Origin: Octopus bimaculoides
Taxonomy: Eukaryota
DNA: 64,000 bases
Direction: 5' to 3'
Assembly (NCBI RefSeq): GCF_001194135.2
Contig: NC_068982.1
Span: 61,360,926-61,424,925, forward strand
Positions 52,606 to 64,000 of the stretch are shown here, in pieces (the first letter of the stretch is position 1; every line of letters begins with the position of its first letter). A program made the position numbers and the translations under genes. The notes below the pieces were generated by a model that saw nothing but the letters and a program-made list of their open reading frames with translations, was not told where the DNA came from and did no database searches.

Positions 52606-54949
52606 ATGATTTGAGAAGATTAGCATGTCAAACTCAAATGATTTTGATGTCAGAGACAACACTTGCTTCTTCCCAATTATCATCTAAAACACAACAGAAC
52701 TACTCACTTAATCATAAAATCAGCAGTGCTGTTTGACGTATGGTAACTATATTGTTTGACAGAAAACAGACTGTGTGATTCAAGGTGCAAGACTCAAAAA
52801 CCTAACTGTAAAAAGAAGGCTGATTAGGAGGTAATTACAAAGATCAGAATGTTTGTTCACAGGAATTTTTGTAAACAAGAATAACATAGGCTAATTTCTA
52901 GCAGACTGAAAAAGATGACTCAGCTGAATACTTGCTGAAAAATTTTAAATAGAACAGAAGAAAGTTCAGCAGAGCACTTTTGTAAGACATTAGCAAGAAT
53001 GTCATCGGGACAAGAAGCTGTCTAAGTGTTGACGGAAAGTCAAAGAACATGATCAAATGAATATCAAGGGTAGAACTACAGGAAAACAACTGAATAAGCA
53101 GTTCTTTATTTCAAAAGAAATTTGTACCTTATAGCCATTGAAAAAAAGAGGAGGGTAGATTTACCAATATTTAATACACTACTATAGATTTTGCAACAAT
53201 TCCAAGAACCCAGTTTTTGAAACATGAGATTTAGTCCATACCAACTGCTAAATTCAGCACCTGCAAGAGCCTTCTTGTAGTGCTTTCTGACCAATGAGAA
53301 AATATGTTTGTTTTCTAAAGATCTGTTAAAATTTCAATCATTACAAAATTACTTTTTTATTCCCTAATTCTGATAAAGAATGGAAAGTAATTGAAATATA
53401 TGACGTCTGACATGAAATAGATTCTAGTGATAAGAATCGGTTTACTTTTTTGTCTTCACAGAAAAAAAAACAAAAAGAATGCTCTTTTGGAAACCAGAAA
53501 ACTTAACTGAAACTCTTTTGCATCAGTCAATCACCTGCAACAAATGAAACTAAACTAATCAATAAACTAATAAAAGATCCTTTAGATTTTTACTCAACTC
53601 ACTAGTAATCAAATCTTCAAGTTACACTCTGACAAAGGAAAAATAACCACATGATAGTTATTAACAAGCATTAGTATGATGCACAGTTAACAAATCCACT
53701 TCACAACCATGTGGTTTGGGGTTTAGTCACATTACATGATGCCATGGCCATGTCTTCTACAATGAACTCAAGCTGATCACTGCCTTATGAGTGAAATTTA
53801 GCAGATAGAAACTGTGTGGAAGCCTATCATGTATGAGTGCATGCATGCACATGTGTGCATGCACACGTGTGTGTGTGTGTGCACATGTGTGTATATGTTT
53901 GTCTTCACATGTTTTTGCATTCACACTATTTGGGAAAATGGTGACATCCATACAACAGTGGTTCAACTCACAAACCTCAGACAAATAGCAAGTACCTTAC
54001 TTGAAAACCAAGTAAGAGTTGATGGCAAGAATGGCATCTGGATAGGGAATACTACCTCACTAAGTCTCATTCAATTCACGCCAGCATGAAAAAAGAAGAT
54101 GCAAAATCAATGACAATGATGATGATGAATATGAGTATAACACTAGTGATGATGAAGTTGGTATTGATAGCTGTGATACAAGTAGTCACATGTAGAATAT
54201 CTTTGATCATAAGTCTGCTCAGTCAGAATTGATAGAAACTAAATAACAAGTGAACTGACCTCTCACAGTTAACTGTATTCCCAAATCTAAGAGGATTTCT
54301 GAAGGCTATGAGTGACGCTTTACCTCTTTAGATTAATTCATAAAACATTGTTGAATAATTACTAACACCTGCAGATGTAGAACAGTTCCCCTCCACCACA
54401 ACCACCACCAATTCACTTCCTCTTAATTCTGCATATTACTTTAAACCCAATAAATTTCCTCAAAATGTTTTCCTATCATGTGATCCAGTAGCAGTTTGAA
54501 GAACAGCTCAGCCAGCTTAATTCTTTTTCAGCATTTGAAATTGTTCCTCTTGCTCTATAGTTATGGGCCTGTCCCTTTTCCGGGTAGAAAAAGCATAGAA
54601 ATAGATAAAGACAAAGAAATACAAAATACAAAAGCTGAATATTAATTTACAAAACACTTTTTATTATGCAGTCAGCTGTTTCAGTTTAAAAGATATCAGT
54701 TGCTTTTGAGCCACACTGGACCAGACAATAACAATAATAATAATGATGATGATGCTAATAATAATAATAATAATAATACAGTGGCAGCAGCAAACTGATA
54801 ATTTTATGATGACAACAGCCTATTGAAATGGTTCAATAGAATGGCAATAACCAATCAGAACATTTGATCTGACAACAGTAGATGCTGGAAATCTCTAATG
54901 GAACCATGAGCATTCAATAAAACCGAAGCAGACAATTGATGAGGCAGGA

Positions 54950-55500
54950 TATCGCCAAAGTCAATTAAGGACATCAAATACGATGGCAAAAGCTAATTAA
55001 CGATGTTAAATGTGATAACAAAAGCTAATTGGTGATACATGATAGCAACCATAAATTGGTGATATCAAATATGGAGTTAAAAGTCAAGACACCATGTTAA
55101 ATATGGTAGCAACAGCCATTTTATGATATTAAGTATGACAATCAATTATATTAAGCATGAGGTGTGTGTGGAGGAGGGAGGGAAGAAAGAAGGGTGAAGG
55201 TGGGAAGTGGGATGAGGTAGGGAGGGTGGACTAGCAGACAGACAGGCAGACAGACAAGCAGGCCAATTAATGATGTTGAAGATGATTTGAACAGCAAATG
55301 AGTGATGATGTTAAATGCATCTTCCACTGAACCAGTTTAGTATATGCTAAATGTGATGGCAAGAGAGAAAGTGACATGACTAAATATGGCAGAAAATAGT
55401 GATATCAAATGTTGATATTTACCAGCTGTTTGTTAACAAGGAATATATTAATTAATGGTGCCAAATACTACAGCAATTTCTGATGCTAATCATATGCTAA
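54950..55500. repeat. Highly degenerate minisatellite of about 32 bp, interrupted by a purine-rich tract
   Basis: Recurrent ...gatgttaaatgtgat..caaaagctaatt... units. Confidence 0.5.
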
Positions 55501-55919
55501 GTTGTTTGTTTATTTGTTTTTAATTATTAAAATATGCACAAATAAAAATAAGAAATATACTAACACATAAAAAAACATGTTACCAACATATTTTCTTTTG
55601 TATTTTTTACTGATTACAACAATTAGGCTGCACCCATGTCGGGATACTAGCTTCAAAGAATTTTAATGATCCTAATAAACTATCTACTACATATTTTGTA
55701 ATAATTTATCAAATAGCTCAGTCTTACAAAGAGATGTAACTCAACAGACTAAACACCACTAGGTATTTGTTTTCTATACACTAATTTATAGTCCTTCGCC
55801 TCACACACACACATACATATATACATACACAGGTGCTGGCATGGCTGTGTGGTAAGAAGTTTGCTTACCATCCACATAGCTCAGGTTCAGTCTAATATCA
55901 TTTATGTAGCTTTATATGA

Positions 55920-56868
55920 TATATATATCATCGTCATCATCATCATCATCGTTTAACGTCTGCTTTCCATGCTAGCATGGGTTGGACAATTTGACTGAGG
56001 ACTGGTAGACCAGGAGGCGACACCAGGCTCCAATCTGATTTGGCAGAGTTTCTACAGCTGGATGCCCTTCCTAACGCCAACCACTCCGAGAGTGTAGTGG
56101 GTGTTTTACGTGTCACCGGCACGAGGGCCAGTCAGGTGGTACTGGCGACAGCCATGTTCGAAATGGTGTATTATATATATATATACACATACATATCATC
56201 ATCGACGTTTAATATCTGCTTTCCAGATGGTTTAACTGAGGGTTGGCAAGCCAGAAGGCTGCACTAGGTTCCAATCTGATCTAGCAAAGTTTCTATAGCT
56301 GGATGCCCTTCCTAACGCCAACCACACTGAGAGTGTAGTGGGTGCTTTTTACGTGCCACCAGCACTAGGGCCAGTCAGGCAGTACTGACATCAACCATGC
56401 TTGAATGGTGCTTTTTACATGCTACTGGCATGGGAGCCAGTCAGGTGGCACTGGCAACGACCACGCTTGAATGGTGCTTTTTACATGTCACCGACACAGG
56501 AGCCAGTCAGCCGGCACTGGCATCAACTACACTCGAATGGTGCTGTTTACGTGCCACTGGCACAGGAGCTAGTCAGGCAGCACTGGCAACAATCACACTC
56601 AGCCAAGCATGGTGAATGTGTGTGTATATATATATATATATCATCATCATCATTATCGTTTAACGTCCGCTTTCCATGCTAGCATGGGTTGGACGATTTG
56701 ACTGAGGACTGGTGAAACCGGATGGCAACACCAGGCTCCAGTCTGATTTGGCAGAGTTTCTACAGCTGGATGCCCTTCCTAACGCCAACCACTCAGAGAG
56801 TGTAGTGGGTGCTTTTACGTGTCACCCGCACGAAAACGGCCACGCTCGAAATGGTGTCTTTTATGTGC
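55920..56868 (-). mobile_element. Three tandem family C RTE tails; the middle one carries four 66-bp units
   Basis: Copies at about 55925-56165, 56195-56610 and 56640-56868, each preceded on plus by (TA)n then (CAT)n. Confidence 0.88.
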
Positions 56869-57779
56869 NNNNNNNNNNNNNNNNNNNNNNNNNNNNNNNN
56901 NNNNNNNNNNNNNNNNNNNNNNNNNNNNNNNNNNNNNNNNNNNNNNNNNNNNNNNNNNNNNNNNNNNNNNNNNNNNNNNNNNNNNNNNNNNNNNNNNNNN
57001 NNNNNNNNNNATATATATATATATCACACAGACAAATAAATATATTTATGTATGTAGTGTGTGTGTGTGTGCGTGTCTGTGTGAAAGCACATACAATATG
57101 TTCAATAAACACATATTACATCTCCCTATGAAAATACAGTCTATTGATCAACCACAAATACTTCATCAGCTAGAAGGGAGGATCAATCCAATTGGTTTTG
57201 TTTCATTAAAGATTCATCAGAGATTGTTCACATCCCCTTCTTCCAATTCAAGTTTAAATAAATATTAGATCTTTATATAAAAAACATAAGCAAACTTCTA
57301 CGAGAGGAAAAGTAATTTTGTTATTGGTACTTTTTTTATTTGTTGGAACTTTTTGTTCTAAAATCCCAGCTGTCAATGTTCTAATGTCATGTACATTTGT
57401 TTTTACTCTAGTTATAGTTTGTCTACATTACCTATAAGAAGGTATATGGCAGACAGAAACTGAAAGAAGCCTATTGTATGTGTGTGTGTATAGCAGACAA
57501 GCATGGTGAATGTGTGGGCGTGTGTTCCCTCCATTCCTCACCCTCTCTTACTATCCTATACATATCTCTCTCCACCCCTACACATTCAATAATACTATAA
57601 AAAGAGACAGCCTCTGAAAGTGAAATCAAAATTTGAAAACCCTACAAGGCTAGGTGAAAGCACTAATTTATAAAACATGTGACATATTAATAAAAATCTG
57701 TAAATGTACAACCATCCAGACATCTGAGTGCCTGATTATTTTTTCTAATATATAATTCCTGTACATCACCTCCAAACCT

Positions 57780-57812
<33 letters not shown>

Positions 57813-58204
57813 NNNNNNNNNNNNNNNNNNNNNNNNNNNNNNNNNNNNNNNNNNNNNNNNNNNNNNNNNNNNNNNNNNNNNNNNNNNNNNNNNNNNNNNN
57901 NNNNNNNNNNNNNNNNNNNNNNNNNNNNNNNNNNNNNNNNNNNNNNNNNNNNNNNNNNNNNNNNNNNNNNNNNNNNNNNNNNNNNNNNNNNNNNNNNNNN
58001 NNNNNNNNNNNNNNNNNNNNNNNNNNNNNNNNNNNNNNNNNNNNNNNNNNNNNNNNNNNNNNNNNNNNNNNNNNNNNNNNNNNNNNNNNNNNNNNNNNNN
58101 NNNNNNNNNNNNNNNNNNNNNNNNNNNNNNNNNNNNNNNNNNNNNNNNNNNNNNNNNNNNNNNNNNNNNNNNNNNNNNNNNNNNNNNNNNNNNNNNNNNN
58201 NNNN

Positions 58205-58380
58205 NNGTTTTCTTCACTGGCATGGGTTGGATGGTTTGACAGAAGCTGGCCAACTGAAGAGCTGCCCGAGCTCCATGTCTGTTTTGGCATACCAACCACT
58301 TTGTAGAGTGTACTGGGTGCTTTTACACAGCACTGGTTTGGGTGCCTTTTACGTGGCACCAGCACCCACGAGCCTACAAG
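58205..58380 (-). mobile_element. Family C RTE tail, diverged
   Basis: ctggcatgggttggatggtttgac...ccaaccactttgtagagtgtactgggtgctttt. Confidence 0.7.
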
Positions 58381-60549
58381 TGGAGGAGGAGGAGGAGGAG
58401 GAGGAGGAGACAATGTTGGTGGTAATGATCAGCATCATCATATATTCCTCTTCCAAACTTTAGTAGATAGGTTTCTTCAATGAAAGACAGAACCAGTTGA
58501 GGTTGATCCCCACTTGAGGCTGGCAAGGCTCTTGTGCATTAATCATGAGTTCTATTTTCACAGCAACAATAAATATTAAAGACTTTGTTGTATATGAATT
58601 GTGCATTCATACTTACTGATAACCACAATGTACTGGTACTTTTGTTATTAAATCCTGTTCATCAACTAGTATATACCATTATAAGTGAAGGGAAGAACAC
58701 AGTCAATAATGAGTGGAATATTTATCCCTACTTGAACATGAATGTTGTGGTAGAAGAAACTACACTGCAGTAGATACCAAAAGAGAAACTCTCATATTGG
58801 CTGCTTGTGCAAAATGAATTTTTGTTTACATCGCTAGCAAGGAGATAAATCCCTGCCATCTCCAGCACCAATGCCACCAGACCGTGTGATTTCTACCTTC
58901 CTTTGTCTTGTCAATGAAGGACACTCAATCACTAGAAAAAGCAACAACACATCTCCCTGCCAGCAATATAGAAAATAACAGTGCTAGAACAGGTGCTGAT
59001 GTCACAAATAGCCAGTAAGCCTGTTAAAAAATATATATATTAGTGACAGTGGTAGTATTTAATACTTCTGTTGCTAATATATATTCATTAATGTATGTTA
59101 ATACCTCTCAATATTAATGCCTCCCAGGATTAATTCTGCCTCTCTCGCTAATATATACATTCAATAATGTAATCCAAAATTTACACAATGCCTGAATAAA
59201 AGACAGGATAGTCATGGCTGGAATGTTTTGATCATAGATTTGCTGGATGAAAGCAAACCTAAAGTTCTCCATCTGTAAATTTCAAAGAATTAAAAAGAAA
59301 AAAGAGACTGCATGCTTACATACAAATACATATTTTGAAAAAAATCATCAAAAAATTACAAAGAACTGATACACAGGATGTAAGTTCGAACTTTGCTATT
59401 CCTATTATGTTGTACCATTGGACAACTATATTTCTCTACATTAACCTCAGTTTGCCTGAATCATGATAGACAATTTTGGTTCATAATAGAGTTGTAGTAA
59501 TCTAGCTACAAGGCATGCTGGTATAAATCCATGCAGGTTTCCAATTTTGAAAGTTATACCAGCCTTCCCAAAAGAGGCAAATGGACGTAAAACAAAAAAA
59601 AAATTTAGAGAGAAATGGGGTGGGGTTAGCACTTGCAAGAAATAACATTTACTAACCTTGTTTCAATGTCTTCTGCTTGGTATCTATTGAGGGTTCAGTC
59701 TGTAATTAGAAGAGTAATATTTTTTACATAGGATTCTTTCTTTGTAATAACTGGCTTAAATTGCCAGAAATTGCAGTCAATCTATCTCAAATCACACCCT
59801 ATCAACTTTAAAAAAAAGAGATGATGTATTGGATAATATGACCCTGAGTGAAAAGTATGCGGGGAAAAAAAGATGAAGGTGAATCACCACTAGAATGCAT
59901 TTGATCATGGATCTATTTAATCAAGGCTGACCTTGGGCTAAACAACATGTATAATAGACAAGTGTCTAGTGTGCCAGGAAATGCTATAGATGATTATATT
60001 AACTCAGATAGGAGAATTATTTCTAGAGAGATGAATAAAACTTGGACATATCATGATAGCAAATTAGAAAAAATCACGGAACTACAAAAATTAAAATAAA
60101 ACTATAATGTTCTTTCTCAACCAACATAAATAAATATGACTCGGTCTATAATTCTTATTATTTATAACCCTTGCAGCCCTAAAACTTATTTCCCAATTTT
60201 AATTTTCCTGAACACCAACCAGATCTGTGCTTGCTCTTAAAGGACAATTAAATCAATCAAATGGCCAGCTATTTTTTGTGCTAGAAAGATAACAGAGGTA
60301 ATCACTTGAAGAAAATATGTAATTTCCTTGTGTATTGAGATTCAGATGCTTTTTTGTCGAGGCAGATTTTCTACAGTTGGATGCCCTTCCTGTCACCAAC
60401 CCTCACCTGTCTTCAACTAAGGGCATATTTCAAGACGTTTTCACAGAAAACTGGAAATGAAAGATATCATTTGCATGAGGGTAACTTTCGTTTACAAATA
60501 TTACACAATGTCAAGGTTTGTGGACAGTAACATACACATATACATACAT

Positions 60550-62170
60550 ATAACTGAATCACTACCAAGAATAGAGAAGAAATTTCAGGTATGAAAGCAA
60601 GGCCTAGAATCAAAGGGCCTTAGAGTTAATTTAGCAAAAGCCAAAGTCTTAGTAAGTAGGAAAGCAGACAAATCACAAATTCCTTCAGATAGATGGTCCT
60701 GCTTGATCTGTGGGAAAGGCGTAGGTCGAAACTCCATAAGATGTGCCCAGTGCAAGCTATGGACATATAAGAGGTATAGCAATATCAGAGGAAGATTAAC
60801 TGGGAAAATAGATTTTGTGTGGAAGGTGCACAGGCACAATAAACATTGAAAATGTACAGAAAATAGAACACCATCAACTGCCAGCAGGGTAAGTTAGAGG
60901 TAGTTGATAACTTCTATTATTTAGGTGACCAAGTAAGTAGTAGAAGTTGATGTTGAGATCGTAGCTGCAAGAATAAGAATAGGTTGGGCAAAGTTCAGAG
61001 AGCTCCTACCCCTGTTGGCAACAAAGGGCCTCTCCCTCAAACTGAAAGGCAAATTGTAGGATGCCTATGTGTGAACAGCTATGCTACACGGCAGTGAAAC
61101 ATGGGCTCTGACTGCCAAGGACATGTGCAAGCTTGAAAGAAATGAAGCTGGTATGCTTTGCTGGATGTGCAATGTCAGTGTGCATATATGACAGGGTGTA
61201 AGCATCTTGAAAGAAAAGTCGGGCATGAGGCATCAGTTGTAGTGTGCAAGAGAGACGACTGCATTGATATGGTCATGTGATGCATATGGGCGAGGGCAGC
61301 TGTGTAAAGAAGTGCTGATCTCTAACTGTGGAGGGAACTTATGGTAGAGGTCGACCCAGGAAGACATGGGACGAGGTGGTGAAGCATGATCTTCAAACAC
61401 TGAGCCTCACTGAAGCAATGACTAGTGACCAAGCCCTTTGGCGATAAGCCGTGCTTGAGAAGACCCGTCAAGCCAAGTGAAATCATAGTTGGGACTTATG
61501 CTGGCATCATGTAACCGGTACCCATACTAGAGGCATGTAAAAACACCATTTAAGCATTGGGCCTCATGGAGGCAATGTGGCCGATGTTGGTGTCATGTAA
61601 CTGGCACCTATGCTAATGGCACATAAAAAGCATCATTTGAGCGCTGGGCCTCAGAGAGGCAATGTGGCCGATGCCTGTGTCATGTAACTGGCACCTGTGC
61701 TGGTGTCACATAACTGGCACCTAGGCTGGTAGCACATAAAAAGCATCATTCAAGCATTGAGCCTTGCAAAAGCAATGTAGCTGCTGTCAGTGTCACATAC
61801 CTGGCACCTGTGCTGGTGACATGTAAAATATACCATTCAAGCATTGGCTCTCACAGGGCGATGTGGCCAATGACAGTGTCACGCAACTGGCACCTATGCC
61901 TGTGGCACATAAAATGCACTATTCAAGCATTGGGCCTCATGGAGGCAATGTGGCCAATGCTGATGTTATGTAACTCGCACCCGTGCCAATGGCATGTAAA
62001 AGCACTCATTACACTCTCAGAGTGGTTGGCATTAAGATGGGCATCTAGCTGTAGAAACCATGCCAAATCAGACTGGAGTCTAGTGCAGCCCCTCAACTTA
62101 CCAGCCCTGGTCAAACCATCCAACCCATGCCAGCATAGACAACAGACGTTAAATAATGATGACGATGATA
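60550..62170 (+). mobile_element. 5'-truncated RTE-clade LINE: ORF2 remnant 60553-61480, 3' UTR with 87-bp VNTR, (GAT)n tail
   Basis: GLESKGLRVNLAKAKVL; LEVVDNFYYLGDQ; RIRIGWAKFRELLPLL; TAMLHGSETWAL; YGHVMHM; GRPRKTWDEVVKHDL. Contains stops and frameshifts. Confidence 0.92.
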
Positions 62171-62269
62171 TGTACATATATATATTTATATGTGTGTATG
62201 TGTGTGTGTACACACACCTATGTATATGTACACATATATATAAACATAAACCCACACATACACATTTAT

Positions 62270-62421
62270 ATACAGTCTTTTCATTCTCTCTCTGTTTATT
62301 TCCTCATGTTCCTTTCTGTTGAAGAGTGTAGGCTAGAAATGTAAAAGATTTCTCACTTTCCCAAGTGTTAAACTAATACACTTGTTTGTTGTTTATACAC
62401 CCGTCTTTGTCTTTTGCTTTT
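62270..62421 (+). mobile_element. Short element with decayed hammerhead-like motif (CUGUUGA variant)
   Basis: cttt-CTGTTGA-A-gagt-gtag-gcta-GAAAT-GTA-aaag at 62312-62347. Same layout as 29537. Confidence 0.4.
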
Positions 62422-62431
62422 NNNNNNNNNN

Positions 62432-62472
<41 letters not shown>

Positions 62473-62474
<2 letters not shown>

Positions 62475-62614
62475 GGAGTGGTTGGCGTTAGGAAGGGCAT
62501 CCAGCTGTAGAAACTCTGCCAAATCAGATCGGAGCTTGGTGTCGCCTCCTGGTTCACCAGTCTTCAGTCAAATCGTCCAACCCATGCTAGCATGGAAAGC
62601 AGATGTTAAACGAC

Positions 62615-62653
<39 letters not shown>

Positions 62654-62655
62654 AT
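62473..62655 (+). mobile_element. Young family C RTE tail inserted next to (TA)n
   Basis: Near-identical to 51214-51390. Confidence 0.88.
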
Positions 62656-62669
62656 ATACATACATATAT

Positions 62670-62832
62670 ATATATGAAGGCTTCTTTTCAGCTTCTATCA
62701 ACCAAATCCACCAAGGTTTTGGTCACTCTGGGACTATAGTAGAAGACTTGCCTAAGATGCCACACAGTAAGATGGAACCCAGAAACATGTGCTTGGGAAG
62801 AAATATGTGCTTATCCCAGTCATACCTGCACT
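62670..62832 (-). mobile_element. SINE family A 5' half, diverged
   Basis: ggcttcttttcagc...ctatagtagaagacttgcctaagatgccacacagt. Confidence 0.7.
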
Positions 62833-62954
62833 CATATTTGTAAAAATCATTCTATGTTCTTGTGAAGAAGTACCAACAGCCTCAATCTAAAAAGGATTAA
62901 TAGGAGGATGAGTTTATGGTAAGATATATTTTCAGGGAAAATATTGTTACTTAA

Positions 62955-63170
62955 ACAATCATCATTATCAATTAGTGCCCATCTTCCATGCTGGCATGGG
63001 TTAGACAGTTTGACTGCAACTTGTAAACCAGAGGGCTGTACCAGGCTCCAGTCTGATTTGGCTCAGTGTCTACGGCTGGATTCCCTTCCTAACACCAACC
63101 ACTCCAACAGTGTAGTGGGTGCCTTTTACATGTCACCAGCACAGGTGCCTTTTACGTGTCACAATACAAT
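62955..63170 (-). mobile_element. Family C RTE tail, diverged
   Basis: ttccatgctggcatgggttagacag...ccaggctccagtctgatttgg...ccaaccactcc. Another decayed copy at 63595-63730. Confidence 0.75.
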
Positions 63171-63779
63171 AACAATAAATTCCTAGACTGAATTTTAAAT
63201 ATGTTGTGTGAAATTCATATGATTAAAGATAATGGCTGCAGAATAAAACTGATATGACTAAAGTTTGGGAGAAAAAAAAACTGATGTGAATGAAAGGGAA
63301 AACTGATTTGGTTAAAGTGTAAGACTAATGTGAGTGAATGATAAAAAAAAAATCAGTAAAACTGGAATAATTAAAGTATAAACATTGATATGGCCAAAGA
63401 GTAGAACTGATACTGCTGAAAGGCAGGAATTTATAAAACTCAAATTATATAATCTGATATAATTGATCTTGCCTTTGCAGGTTTCTCTCTCTCTCTTGCA
63501 CTGTCAATTGTCAGTGTTTATCAGAAAAGGAATGACTGCCACAACTTTAGTTTTGCATGCATGCATACATGCACACATGCACACATACACACACATCATC
63601 ATCATCACCATCATTTAACATCCATGTTCTATGCTGGCATGGGCTGGACAGATTGACAAGGTTCCAATGAATCAAGAACTGAATCAAACTCCAGTGTCTG
63701 CTTTGGCATGGTTTTTACAGTTGGTTGCTCTTGGTTTGTGTTTGCTACCTTGGAATCCTCTGTTTAGTAGGTTAATCCA

Positions 63780-64000
63780 CTATTCAGGAAGAGCTATTCT
63801 AAGAGCGCATTCTGCCTCATCTTCGAAACGCCTAGTTTAGAATAGAGGCAACTGATGAAGGAAAAGTTCCATGTGGCTCGTCTGTTTTCCTATGTGTTCA
63901 TTCTGTTGTCTGTAAACAAAGCCCGTTTTTGTGCTTTATGTTCCCATTCCTTTTTCTGACGTCCTGTACCCAGATATGCATCTATATATACATGTAGATG
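63780..64000 (+). mobile_element. Family H3 Penelope-LTR-like element, decayed
   Basis: cta-TTCAGGA-A-gag...ttc-GAAAC-GCC-tag...CTGATGAagg...gttttcctatgtgttc. Homologous to 21260-21444 (reverse). Confidence 0.55.

Noticed and set aside
52870-53330. Coding-like stretch with short ORFs on both strands
   Set aside because: All plus frames are interrupted and no family signature was recognised.
56340-56600. CRISPR-like appearance of the 66-bp and 87-bp arrays
   Set aside because: Whole units are homologous (no unique spacers), the context is eukaryotic, there are no cas genes, and the arrays lie in a LINE 3' UTR.
56700-56725. CTGAGGA-ctggt-GAAAC-cg-gat on the antisense of family C tails
   Set aside because: No stem II and no NUH site, and GAAAC is absent from other family C copies.
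57160-57225. Two minus-strand CTGATGA boxes, one followed by GAAAC
   Set aside because: No credible stem II and no GUH after GAAAC.

Overview
AT-rich, repeat-dominated eukaryotic DNA with 17 N-gaps, most of them next to (TA)n/(CA)n runs. The tRNA-derived CORE-type SINEs, microsatellite load and composition suggest an Octopus (cephalopod) genome; this is an inference. I can support no intact host protein-coding gene. Most listed ORFs are translations of microsatellites, N-gaps or decayed transposons. The window holds: (i) two abundant SINE families (A, CORE-type; B, ending in (ATT)n); (ii) 5'-truncated RTE-clade LINE copies and many short 3' tails ending in (GAT)n; (iii) a decayed R4/Dong-like RT fragment; (iv) five Tc1/mariner relics (DD34D, DD37D/maT, and a fold-back MITE); (v) TTAA-flanked piggyBac-like MITEs; (vi) several short elements carrying minimal type-I hammerhead ribozyme motifs, as in Penelope-like elements and retrozymes. 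The leads most worth following are the hammerhead motifs with core variants, a PHD-like zinc finger inside the RTE reverse transcriptase, hairpin VNTRs in the RTE 3' UTR, and (AAT)n-associated SINE arrays. I cannot show from sequence alone that any of these is undescribed. Repeat boundaries were placed by eye and are approximate.
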